A stretch of 63,930 nt of DNA, counting the filler, from Octopus bimaculoides (lineage: Eukaryota): assembly GCF_001194135.2 (NCBI RefSeq). It is 6 parts of 6 records of this genome, joined end to end, with 100 filler letters (N's around TTAATTAATTAA, not from the genome) between each part and the next. Parts side by side here need not be neighbours in the genome. Positions count along the whole stretch, not along the records: positions 23,995 to 50,315 come from NC_068999.1; 5 more parts are not named here. The stretch is one strand, 5' to 3'. Of the stretch, positions 25,616-37,636 are shown in pieces (the stretch's first letter is position 1; every line of letters begins with the position of its first letter). The notes beneath the pieces were generated by a model, which was not told where the DNA came from, made no database searches, and was given only the letters and a program-made list of their open reading frames with translations. Made by a program: the position numbers and the translations under genes.

Positions 25616-26627
25616 NNNNNNNNNNNNNNNNNNNNNNNNNNNNNNNNNNNNNNNNNNNNNNNNNNNNNNNNNNNNNNNNNNNNNNNNNNNNNNNNNNNNN
25701 NNNNNNNNNNNNNNNNNNNNNNNNNNNNNNNNNNNNNNNNNNNNNNNNNNNNNNNNNNNNNNNNNNNNNNNNNNNNNNNNNNNNNNNNNNNNNNNNNNNN
25801 NNNNNNNNNNNNNNNNNNNNNNNNNNNNNNNNNNNNNNNNNNNNNNNNNNNNNNNNNNNNNNNNNNNNNNNNNNNNNNNNNNNNNNNNNNNNNNNNNNNN
25901 NNNNNNNNNNNNNNNNNNNNNNNNNNNNNNNNNNNNNNNNNNNNNNNNNNNNNNNNNNNNNNNNNNNNNNNNNNNNNNNNNNNNNNNNNNNNNNNNNNNN
26001 NNNNNNNNNNNNNNNNNNNNNNNNNNNNNNNNNNNNNNNNNNNNNNNNNNNNNNNNNNNNNNNNNNNNNNNNNNNNNNNNNNNNNNNNNNNNNNNNNNNN
26101 NNNNNNNTATATATATATATATATATCAGTGTGGAATCCCTATCTTGCTCAGCATATAAATCTCCAGGAAACTACTCAGAGATGTGCAACATAAGGAATA
26201 CCCGCCGTCTGACATCTCGCAACCTATTTGGTAGACACCATCTTTCCAACAACAACCTTGAGCACCATTTTCATTTCTATATGACAAACATTCGTGTACA
26301 TAAAATCAAAAAAATTGCACAGCACCCATAACTCTCAGAAACATTTTATCACGCTTAAAATTGCTGAAGCAATAACTATGAAGGCAATAAGTATGACTGT
26401 AAGATAAATGGAAGAAACTTAACGAGAAAAGGGGAGAGAAGTGATAAATTAGAAAAGAACTAAACGGAAGCGCCATACGATAGAAGGAGGGCCAAAGAAT
26501 GGCTCAAAATTGCAATTTTCATGAATTCCCACTAGCCGTCACGTGACAACATAATGCGATCTCTCTGATAATTTTGTAAAGAAAAGAAAAAGTTATGTGT
26601 GCGTGTGTGTGTGTGTGTGTGTGCGTG

Positions 26628-26664
<37 letters not shown>

Positions 26665-27473
26665 AACAGTAAACCTCTACCTCTATTGTTATTTATTCAT
26701 ATATTACTCATCTCTCTNNNNNNNNNNNNNNNNNNNNNNNNNNNNNNNNNNNNNNNNNNNNNNNNNNNNNNNNNNNNNNNNNNNNNNNNNNNNNNNNNNN
26801 NNNNNNNNNNNNNNNNNNNNNNNNNNNNNNNNNNNNNNNNNNNNNNNNNNNNNNNNNNNNNNNNNNNNNNNNNNNNNNNNNNNNNNNNNNNNNNNNNNNN
26901 NNNNNNNNNNNNNNNNNNNNNNNNNNNNNNNNNNNNNNNNNNNNNNNNNNNNNNNNNNNNNNNNNNNNNNNNNNNNNNNNNNNNNNNNNNNNNNNNNNNN
27001 NNNNNNNNNNNNNNNNNNNNNNNNNNNNNNNNNNNNNNNNNNNNNNNNNNNNNNNNNNNNNNNNNNNNNNNNNNNNNNNNNNNNNNNNNNNNNNNNNNNN
27101 NNNNNNNNNNNNNNNNNNNNNNNNNNNNNNNNNNNNNNNNNNNNNNNNNNNNNNNNNNNNNNNNNNNNNNNNNNNNNNNNNNNNNNNNNNNNNNNNNNNN
27201 NNNNNNNNNNNNNNNNNNNNNNNNNNNNNNNNNNNNNNNNNNNNNNNNNNNNNNNNNNNNNNNNNNNNNNNNNNNNNNNNNNNNNNNNNNNNNNNNNNNN
27301 NNNNNNNNNNNNNNNNNNNNNNNNNNNNNNNNNNNNNNNNNNNNNNNNNNNNNNNNNNNNNNNNNNNNNNNNNNNNNNNNNNNNNNNNNNNNNNNNNNNN
27401 NNNNNATAGAAAAAAACTTTTTTTCAGAATGAGATAAAGACCAAGGCTGTGAAAATTTTAGAACATTTAAAAA

Positions 27474-29200
27474 TAGAAGCTGTTTACGGGATATTTATTA
27501 TATGCCTTCATCGGAGCGGAGATGGTATGAGAAATTAGCTAAGCAATGGTTAATTTAGATAGGATATGAAATAGAGAGTGTAGTGGAGGAATGAATATAG
27601 ATGTGAGATATGCAGGGATATTGCATTTGTAGACCGATTATTTAGGCAGAATGGTATGCATGTAAGATTCCAACACCTTGTGAGTAAATTCCAATAGTAT
27701 TTAAAATTCGTCATTCCAGGTATAGAGTTTGTACACAGTGCTAATGAATCAAGGGTTTATTTAAAGTAACATTATATAAATAATGGAGTCTCCCGTTGAA
27801 GACGCCATCTGTTCTGTGAGTTCAACATTAACCGAACAACCTGCTAAAATGATTTCTTTATAGTGAGCAAATGGGTGGCATGTACATTACCTAACTCCTT
27901 CCATCAAATGGCCGTTGCCTGAATAGGTGCACGGCGTAGGACACATCAGGTGTAGGAGTGATCGCAGAGCAATGTGAGATAGAACGTTTTGCTCGGGAGT
28001 ACNNNNNNNNNNAGGTTTAAATCACATGAAAACAAATGTGTCAATTAATGTAGACTTACCTTCTATTCTATATTTCGGGGTTATGATCCCTTTTCAAGAG
28101 ATTGACCATTGTTGGCGATGTGCGTGTGTGTGATAAAATATATACATAAAGAACATAGTATACAAATGGCAGATCTCTTAGAAAGGGAGTAAGGTTGTGT
28201 ATAATGGAGTTGTAAAACAATATAGTCATCGCGAGTGTTAAGTATAATAAATCTCAAGTATATACAATTGGTAAAATGTCATATTATATCTATTCTGTCA
28301 AAACTAGGAAGAAACTAAATTAGGGACATGCACAAAATGCAAAACGGTGAATGCAAATATTCATGTAAATAGATATTAAAAAAAAATATGAAAATTATTA
28401 TAGACGTACGTTTAAAGAGAGAGAGTGGGTGGGGATATATAGCGATTATAAATGTTCTTATTTTGCACTGTAATCATATCATGTATATGTAGGTTGAGAA
28501 ATGACTAAATATAAAAAACAAACTATCAAGGGGAGGTAATTAATGACAAATTGAGTATAGCAAATAATCCAATTGGGCTAGATAGAAAATGTGCATTTTA
28601 TATATTCTTAGAGAGGTGTGCAAGGTATGAAGCAAAAATACTATATTAAATAAGTTAAATAGAAAGTTCAGTGGATTTATAAGTACAGTCTTGAAACATT
28701 CTACCAGAAATAGGAAGATAGAAAGAATTTAATTAATAAAAATGCTGGAAGAATAGAGGGGATAATGTTTAATTTAATGGTAGGTAGATATAATAAAAAC
28801 TGTAATCATTACTTAAATATATATGAGTACAGATAGGACAAAACATAGTTTAAATGGTAAAGCCAATCAGTCAAATAATGGAAAGGTTAGCTGTAAGAAT
28901 TTAGTTATGTATAGACAAATTCACATTGTAATTAATAAGTATAATAATGGAACAATAAATTTAAAGCATTTTGAGACACGTGCAAGAAATACAGTAAACA
29001 TAGTATGCGTACAAAATAAATATTGAGTTTATAATAATATATAGTCATTGAATTAATAGGCCAATCAATATGAATAAGAGAGGCTGAAATACAAAGGTGA
29101 AATACAACTTCCTCGTTTATCATGTGGCTAAATAATTCATTATGTCAATAAAAGTAATATTATTGTAGTTTTCTATTAAATACATTCTTAATGTATGCTT
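27474..29200 (-). mobile_element. Old, heavily decayed Penelope-like element
   Basis: Minus-strand YKSTE...YSIFASYLAHLSKNI near 28600-28690 resembles the PLE RT thumb YKPTD..QYL.F.SCHP.H.K.NI. A hammerhead-like terminus lies at 27474-27518. Boundaries uncertain. Confidence 0.35.
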
Positions 29201-30014
29201 AATATGTATCATTGCCCATTTATTTTCTGATAAGTAAAATAAAACGTCTATATGGGCTATTTTCATTCACAAGCTTTTAGCGTGGTTCACCAAAAAACTG
29301 AAGAAATCTGCAATTAAAAAGAAGGTACGTTACATAGAATAATGAAAATATAACAACGATGTTGTCATTGTGGGCAAACCAATTGAGAACAGTTGTATCG
29401 AAATCCATACCCAGAAAGCCGAGACACCCTAAAATCTCACTCCTAGGCTATTAGCGTGGTTCTGGGTGTTATATACTTTTATGTAGATAAGGGCTGGATA
29501 TATGGTCCCAGTAATATGGCGGCCGAGAAGAGTATCTAACGTTAACTAATTTATCACCCAAACTAGAACTTCACTGCCACTTCCCAATGGATTTAATTCT
29601 AAGGGCTTGTAGACAACATGCTTCATTAAGTCTTTTGAAGGTGATAAAGATAAATATAAACGTAGCTATATCACTATTCCTCTTGCTTCACTCCATTTAT
29701 TCTCCTTTGCCATTCTCAATTATAGTAGGCTTTAAGTACACGTTTTTGTTTTCTTTAAATTCATTCTGTTAGAAAAATAGCAAAAGGAAACAATGTAAAT
29801 ATGTTAGCTTCTTGTACTGATGAAAATCTGCTAAAAGAGTAATGGCTTATTCTATGTTGGAAATCTATATGGTCGTCTGCGTCCAACGAACGAGAGCGGT
29901 TTCGAAATTGATGTAATGGTATCATTGATCGATTAAATAGAGCCGCTTGAAACGGCCATAATGTACTGATACCTGGACATCCTTGTAACTTATTTCCTTT
30001 CTATAGATACAAAC

Positions 30015-30077
<63 letters not shown>

Positions 30078-30091
30078 CATACGTGCATACA

Positions 30092-30154
<63 letters not shown>

Positions 30155-31214
30155 TATACATATATATACATATATAAACATATATACGTGTATGTATATG
30201 TATATCTGTACACATATATATGTGTATGTATATATATGTATGTGTACGTATGTGTTTGTAGGCATGTATGTATGTTTGTATGTATGTACGTATGTATATA
30301 TGTATGCCTGTATGCATACAGGTATATTAGGTTGAGGGTCAGGGTTACTGTTAGTGGAAGCTGAAATTTTCAATATGGCCCCATGTTCGGCCGTCTTATC
30401 TCCGAAAAACAAGGGATTGCACCAAACGTTATATATATAAATATCTTGTTTTCTAGACGTAATTTGCAGAGATCGCATTATGTTATACTCGCAGCTGGGA
30501 ATCCATGAAAGTTTCACTTTTTATATGAATTCTTCTTGCATTCTCATTCCATTACGTTTTACTTTTCATAATATTGCTTCGCTTTGTTGAAAATGTTTAT
30601 GACAAATGATGTAGAAAATGGATTATTTTATTGAAAATAAGTCTCATACTGATGTAGTTATGCTACATGCACCAAATAATCTCAAACTTTGTCTTTCCCC
30701 AAGAGCATTTTTGAAATTAAGCAACTGTTGTTTTTTTTTTTCATATTTTCTCGTCGTTATCAAATCCATTCTCCAAGTTCCTTTTCATAGTCTGACCACT
30801 GTTGATCTCTAATTTTATTTTATTTCATCACATATCTCTTTTCCCTGTCTCACGCCTTGTCTTTCACTTTCTCTTTCACTCACCCTTTTCTCTCTTACTC
30901 TCGGTGTAGCGTACAATTAAATGACGTCCATTTTCTCACTACGCAAATGGTGACTTCCTAATTGATATCTTCAGTTCATTAATGTTCATTCATGGTGGCT
31001 TTATCTTATCTGTGTCTTTCGTTTTATTCTCTCAGTATTTTAAGCATTTGTTCTGCATTGAACTTTAGCCTGTATCACTATTTTTTTTATTTCACTACAT
31101 CAAATTGTAGATTTCATTTCACAGTAATAGTTGTTTAAATGTAAACCGAGTGCAACATTTGAAGTGCACAAAGTTTAAAGAAGTGTACAGTGGTAATAAA
31201 ATTCTTTGTCTATC

Positions 31215-31375
31215 ATGAGTAAGAAATGCTGCAACAGAAAGTGCTGAGAGTTGAAAGTGCTGAGGAAAAGCATTTAGCTATAAAATTGCTAATATTAAGA
31301 CGGATAGAAACTGGCGAACGCCAATATCAATTGAGCTAAGCTTGACTACATTGAATTTCTACAGCGGTCATAAAA
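31215..31375 (+). mobile_element. Second Tigger/pogo HTH relic
   Basis: MSKKC...RKSI* then frameshift to IKLLILRRIETGERQ...ISTAVIK, resembling RKSITLE.KL.IIRR.E.GERQ. Confidence 0.45.
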
Positions 31376-31750
31376 TATGATCTTGTTTTACTTACCTCAT
31401 TATAGCTACTAACGTATATTTCATGGGAAAAAATGAATAAACGATTGGTTTATGAGTGCATGACTGAAAGGTAAGACGTACAACAGAAAGCAACTATCAA
31501 AGTGAAAATAGCAAGGATCATCTTCACTTAATTATACGATGGAAATGCCATACTTCCTTAAGCCTACATAACCATCAGTTATTTATTTAATAGCTTGAAT
31601 TGTTATTTTATACTTAAATTTATACGTTTTCCGTATGCCTGGTAATACTTCGAATACATATTTTGAGTTGAGAAGGGATTTCCTGAAAGTCATAATAGTA
31701 TCATTGGCGGGAGGGTCTACCTCGTCCACTTTGATAAAACATTTTTTTTT

Positions 31751-31840
31751 CATACAATGCAGATAAAACAGTTCTTTTTTAATCTAATGTGGATAAAACA
31801 GTTCTTTTCTCATCCAATGCTGATAAAACAGTTCATTTTT
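31751..31840 (+). repeat. Three tandem copies of a 30-bp unit
   Basis: CATACAATGCAGATAAAACAGTTCTTTTTT / AATCTAATGTGGATAAAACAGTTCTTTTCT / CATCCAATGCTGATAAAACAGTTCATTTTT. Confidence 0.9.
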
Positions 31841-32744
31841 CGAAAAAAAATCCTATACCAACAAATGGTAATACTCATTCTTCTTTGAGAGAATTCTTCA
31901 GAAACAAGAATATCAAGCTTGATATTAAGGCCACCTTCCTTCATTTCACTATTATATAAATGGTTTCAGAAAAAGATAACCAATTTCTGAGGGGATTATT
32001 CATAATCTAACATAGTATGAAGGCCATACACTATATCATATAAACATTTGATGAAGTGATAGAAAATGCGCGAGCAAAATTTAGAAGAAGCAGTAATTAG
32101 AAGGTAGCAATCCCATTCTAAAATTTTACGAATAACAGTATTATTAAGCAGCCATCAATGAAGCCAGTGAAGACGAAAAGGAAAATGCTACTACGAAATA
32201 CTTATGGATACCTTATGCAGTCTTACTTTAACCGCTTTTCTTTTGAAATGCTTCAGTATTCAGCACTACAGATCATCCAGAATAAATTTGTAAACTAAGT
32301 GTAGAACCTGAATGAATTATTATAACATTCCTCTGAACACTACAGATAAGAATACGAAAATCAAACATTGTCTTACTAATTGAGACTCAGAATGTGAGAA
32401 AAACTATAGACGGATGTGGTATCTATTTTATATCACGTTCTGAATCACTTTTTCAACATAATTAATGATGAGTAGAGTTGTGAACGCGTAATTCGAATAA
32501 TTAATTTGAATCTAGATTGTTTAATAATTTTACATAATAATTACATACTAATGAAACATATTTTCTAATTTCAGCGTAACATTTTACAAAAAGTACAAAA
32601 TCACGTTCGTGATTTACCTAAAAGTTTTTGCTGCTTCTGGATAATTAGTGCACCTCTAAATTTGCCAGATGTTTGGCGGTGGCCATAAACTTCATATATA
32701 TATATATATAATAGAATATAAGGATAAAATCACTTTAATGATTA

Positions 32745-33960
32745 CACTGGTCAACAAAACCTTTTTTAATCATCAGAGTTGCTGATTGACTTTTCTGGGT
32801 TACCTTTTGATGCTGATTACGAATATGAAGTCTGATTTCCTCTATCGGGTCACATTTTCATGTTATTGATATCTGCTGTTTTAACTTATAGGATACGTAA
32901 AGCATGTCTATATAAAAGTATAATGAATACAAGATACGATAATTTCGTGGCTTTTTATTGCACAAAATTAAAATTATTGTGTACAAATAAGTTAGAATAC
33001 ACTCGAATGCATAACAACTTAAAATTTTGGGGATTTGGACTTTCTATGGTGTTTTGTCTTAGATTCATTCCTGTATAACATCCAGCAGTAGTCAGCTAAC
33101 ATTCCTGTATTCCAAAATCCTTGATATCGTTGTTCCATCGATGCAATATCTTGATTAAAGCGTTCCCCCTACTCATCAGACACTGCTCATCAGACACTGC
33201 TCCAAGTTTCTCTGCAAAAAAATCCAGATGTGAATCAAGGAAATGGACTTTTAGTGACATCCGACAGCCCATTGCAGCATAGGAGTCTAGAAGACATTTC
33301 ACTCCATTTCTAAACTCTAGAGATCTCTTGTTAACTAGAAAATTTTCACAGAACCATTTGAAGGATTCCCAGGTTTTAAGCTCAATCTCATCCAGTGCTG
33401 TGAGGAAGTGGTTCTCCTTCAAGAGTTCTTTTATCTGCGGACCTATGAATACGCCCTCTTTCAGTTTTGCCTCGGTGATTTTTGGAAATTTGGCCTTCAC
33501 ATGTTCAAAACCTTTTGAGCTTTTCCGGGCAAGTGTCTTCATGAATTGTTTCATGAGGTCAACCTTTATGTGAAGAGGGGGAAGGAGAACATTTTATAGG
33601 TTTAAAAGTGGCTTACTCTAAACGCTAGAAACTCCCGGCTCATATGATTTTCGCAAAGGCCACTCTGTATGCACATAGTGCTTGTTAGTTGCACGACTGT
33701 CCCATAGGCATAAAAAGCAACAGTATTTCATGAACCCAGATTGCATTCCCATCAACATTCCAATCACCTTCAAGTCTCCACATATTTTCCAGCTGTAGTT
33801 TGTATACTTTATGGCATTGAGGAGTACTTGCATGTTTTCATAACACTCCTTCATGTGCACTGAATGTTCTATGGGAATGGATGGTTTCTTATTGCCATTT
33901 GTAGTAGTACTGCTTTGAGACTTCCCTTATATGAATCAATGAATAAGCGCCATTCAGCTG
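32745..33960 (-). pseudogene. DNA transposon remnant with disrupted transposase, probably Chapaev3-type (CMC superfamily)
   Basis: EWRLFIDSYKGSLKAVLL...SIPIEHSVHMKE...ICGDLKV...YCCFLCLWDSRA...LLPPLHIK...GVFIGPQIK...CRMSLKVHFLDSH...AVSDE*GERFNQDIASMEQRYQG.W...MLADYCWML, with stops and frameshifts. A candidate CACTGGTCAACAAAA terminus lies at 32745. Transposase identity is strong; the superfamily label is from recall. Confidence 0.8.
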
Positions 33961-34281
33961 AAACAAACACAGACATGACAAAATATATGAGGTCTGCTCT
34001 TGCAATGCCTTGACATCCTGAGTAGAATTTGATGATGATGATGATGACATGGCACCTTAAACAGAAAGTAAAATTTATGAAAAGAAAATATTATGAAAAC
34101 ATAAAATTACAAAAGAAATACAAATAGTTATAAAACAGAAGTCAGAATTTACCTGTATAAGACGTTTACATGTAGCGATACTGCTGATGGGAGTTATATA
34201 CCTCTCTTATCTCATCTGAAAAACTGTGCCTGATAGAAGGAAACTGATTACATTTTTGAAATCTGTTGACAAAACTACATA

Positions 34282-34317
<36 letters not shown>

Positions 34318-34622
34318 NNNNNNNNNNNNNNNNNNNNNNNNNNNNNNNNNNNNNNNNNNNNNNNNNNNNNNNNNNNNNATATATATATATATATATATAT
34401 ATATAAAGACTATAAGGGGTTAATTTCACAGGTGATCTGAAAGAATAGGCACTCTGTATAAGTGGTATAATTAGTCATCCGTTAGGATCCAAGTTCACAG
34501 CTGAAGCTGGAACTAGGGATGGTAGTAGACTTCCGAGTTACCAGATACATATTAGAGACAAAAAGGATAACAAAAAACAAGTCAGCTCTAGTATCTCACG
34601 CGATTTAGAATATTTAGTTAGA

Positions 34623-35338
34623 TAATTAATTAATTAATGGATTCTTACAGCCGTTTCTGTATTATCTTAAATCATAGTTTGCATCTCGATACACTGGGTA
34701 TTCAGTCATTAGAGACAAGGTGAGTACGTATGAAAGTTCTAGACAGAGAATTCACAGTTTATAAAGAAATAAAATAGTAGATAGAAGAATAAATTGTAAG
34801 ACAGTAGATAGAAGAATACAGACAGGAAAATAAAGTTCTCAACTCATCTTCCAGAGGGTATAGAGGTTGGTCCGTACTTCCGTGAAGGTATAGGTCTTTA
34901 AGTGTAATCCCAGGTAAGTTCAGGCCGTATTTTGGCAGTATTTTGAATACTGCGTTCATTTTGAAGGGATAGATCTAATGGTTAGTTAGTATAAATATGA
35001 TCCACGTGGGTATACAGAGTGAGAAAGACAGATATCATGATAGACATATATGGGTTGTGAGTGAGTGAATAGAAGAGAAAGGAGAAAGAGAAAAAAAGGA
35101 ATGGAATAGGTGTGAGAAAGAATGAATGAGGGCCAAAGTAAAATAAAATAAAAATAACAAAAAATACAAGGTCAAAGATAACATGCCAGTATTATTATTC
35201 GTTCGGGTCGGTTAGGGGTGAGAGTTCGGGCTTTACGATTTTGTCTCTGATGACTGAATACCCAGTGTATGGAAATGCTAACCTATCACTTGGGATATTC
35301 CAGAAGCAGTTGTAAGACAGCCATTAATTAATTAATTA
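34623..35338. mobile_element. Truncated Penelope-like copy with inverted about 96-bp terminal arms
   Basis: Arms 34623-34718 and 35241-35338 are inverted, e.g. ATACACTGGGTATTCAGTCATTAGAGACAA versus the RC ATACACTGGGTATTCAGTCATCAGAGACAA. The spacer minus strand reads FKILPKYGLN, like the PLE C-terminal P.GLN. Confidence 0.65.
35242..35319 (+). ncRNA. Type I hammerhead ribozyme-like motif (variant core)
   Basis: TGTCT-CTGATGA-[long stem II]-GAAG-C-AGTT-GTA-AGACA. Stem I is a perfect 5 bp and CUGAUGA is intact. Deviations are A15.1->G and a C/A mismatch at 10.1/11.1. Confidence 0.6.
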
Positions 35339-35899
35339 ACTAATTAATTAATTACCTCAAATTCACCTTATTCTAATTAAATATTATAAATGACTGTGTA
35401 TACTTTTCGCAGAGTGTGTATGCGTGTGTGCATACGTGCATCCCTTTCACAAAAATTGTCTTCAACAGTTGTTCGATGATACCCGGAAATTATGTTCACT
35501 TACATCTACTTGAAATATACTTGCTTAAAATAACAAATATCATTTGTAACCCATTCCGTTTCTTAAAGCGAAACTGGTTTGTCCGATATAATATTTACTA
35601 TATTCCGCAAGTACGAGTACATAGATTATATGGCCGGCCCAGCCAGTGAATATTTTCTTTAGTTTGAAGCACACCTTTTATTCAAAGTAGAATTTTGAAC
35701 CCTAGGAAAATTTAAGTCAAAATTTCACATTTGAGTGGTACATTTTCGTTGTTTCAAATTAGTGAGGGAGCATCTGTTGAAGAGACATACATAAGAATCC
35801 GTTATGTATTGCAAATCTATTCGAAAAGATATTATATCATAAGAGAACTTGAAAAGATTTCTAGACAGCTGCTTCCTTAATTAAAATGAAAGTTGAGAG

Positions 35900-36200
35900 A
35901 AGTTAAATGGATTTGAATTCCAAATGCTCAATGGAATGAATAATAGCATTCACTTCTCAATGGAATGTCAACTAATGAATGTTCACATTCAAATTGAGAG
36001 AGACGTATATTATATATCAAGAAAATCGAAGCAATATCAGCATTTTATTTCGTGTTACGCAAAACACACTAAAACAAATATTCTTTTTAATTTAGCCAAA
36101 AGAATATGCACAATGTTACTCGATACTTGCAATTTACGATTAGAAGATCTTTGAAACCTACATCTAAAGTATTTACACTCTTTCCTTATAGATGATGGGA
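35900..36200 (+). mobile_element. Penelope-like reverse transcriptase C-terminal (thumb) fragment
   Basis: LNGMNNSIHFSME...IERDVYYISRKSKQYQHFISCYAKHTKTNILFNLAKRICTM matches LN.LH.SI.FTME...ETDIYYK.TDSKQYL.F.SCHPKHTK.NIPFNLARRICTI. Confidence 0.8.
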
Positions 36201-36949
36201 TATAACTACGTGAGAATTTTTTCTATCCAGATAAAAGAAAAGCCAAACAAAACAATACATCTTCATTGAACATTACCCTTACAAGCATAATTATAAATAT
36301 TAAAATCCAATAAACTAATTAAATTAAATATGTGTACATAGTAAATTATACCCATGGTCAAGAGAAAAGAAAACAATCGAAATGTTAAATGTGTCACACA
36401 TTCTCCGAAGATTCAGAATTCCACAATTTTGCCGAAAGCCGCAATAGGAGGTGTGAGCAAGTCTAACCCAAACGGTAAGGAATCTCCGACAAAATCTGTT
36501 AAATTACCTGCACGACATACTTCTCTCTTCTAACAGCTGGGTTGACTAATTAATGTTATAAATTCTGTGGCGTATTGCTAAGCGTGTACCACAAATTTCC
36601 ATCATCCAGCTTTTTCTTGCACATATAATAAGTGCTGCCTGTTGATTTCGTATCCAGTGAGGTGTACAGTATAATTTTGAGAAACAGAATTCTCATTAGC
36701 ACATATTCGAAGGGAGAGAAAAAAATTAAAAGCTTACAGATAAAAGTCATTACAGATTTTTGCCACCAGCTTCCTTCTTGTATGATTTGGTACCCCTATC
36801 TCTATGTGGTAGAATAAACGAAATAAATCGAAGCATACATAGCACACGAAAACATCAAACAAGCTAATAGTTCCAACGAATATTGAACACGAATTTCACC
36901 TCTAATGGTTTACTACTACTGATTTAAATACATGAAGAATACAACGGTA

Positions 36950-37636
36950 AACCTCTGTAACCTGGCAGGAAGAAGTCTAAGCATCACTAATAATGTCAAG
37001 ATAGGAGTGATGCATATACATATTTCTATCAAGTACTTCTAGAACAAAACCTATATAGCATTAATATTTGACTAATCGTATCGATTATCATTGCTACACA
37101 AGTATTTCTCGTAGATAGATTTTCTGTGCTTTCATTATTACTAATAATAAAACCAGCTCAAATTTGAAGTGGAATGGTAAATATATGCAGACCTCATAGG
37201 CTGGCGTGAAAACTATCCAAATATTATCAATACAAAAGGACAAAGTCCAGATATTGTCCTATGGTCGGCATTAGGCTGCATTATAAAGCATTGCTTTCTT
37301 ACCCAATCGTTTCTAGTCTTATTTTGTTTTCTTTGATTTCATCTTGGTTGAATTGAAATTCCCCTATGGGAGGCGAGAAGAGAAGAGGAACAACATGAAT
37401 ACATGATAAGAAAGTGTGATGGCCTGGTAAAAGAAATACCAAATGAGGTGTCCCGATATACATTATGTGCGGTAGAAGATGGTACGCAGGTGTTTGTTAC
37501 AGCACTCTTGGTTTAAGTAACAGGTTAGCTTGGAATAAAGGGTCGCCATCGAATTACGACAATGAAATGTATATCAGTGGCAGATGAGAAGACCTCAATA
37601 TCGTTACTGGCAAAAAGACATAATAGATCGAACTGA
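36950..37636 (+). mobile_element. HERO-like RLE non-LTR retrotransposon 3' relic, interrupted by an about 55-bp insertion
   Basis: W*IYADLIGWRENYPNIINTKGQSPDIVLWSALGC [insert] FILVELKFPY...EEQHEYMIRKCDGLVKE...LCAVEDGTQVFV...LGIKGRHRITTMKCISVADEKTS matches PDIVLWS....VILVELTVPWE...EY...KY..L...AVEVG.RGF...LGI.G. Confidence 0.72.
37282..37338 (+). repeat. 57-bp dispersed direct repeat, copy 1
   Basis: TATAAAGCATTGCTTTCTTACCCAATCGTTTCTAGTCTTATTTTGTTTTCTTTGATT; 2 mismatches versus 40278-40334. Confidence 0.92.

Noticed and set aside
31961-31990. TGGTTTCAG (WFQ) as a possible homeobox helix 3
   Set aside because: Reads WFQKKITNF*, with no NRR and no upstream homeodomain residues.
34623-34638. 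Natural TAATTAATTAATTAA runs (also 35323-35353) as Xlox autoregulatory TAAT clusters
   Set aside because: They are part of the inverted Penelope-like arms, so TE-derived; no independent support for function.
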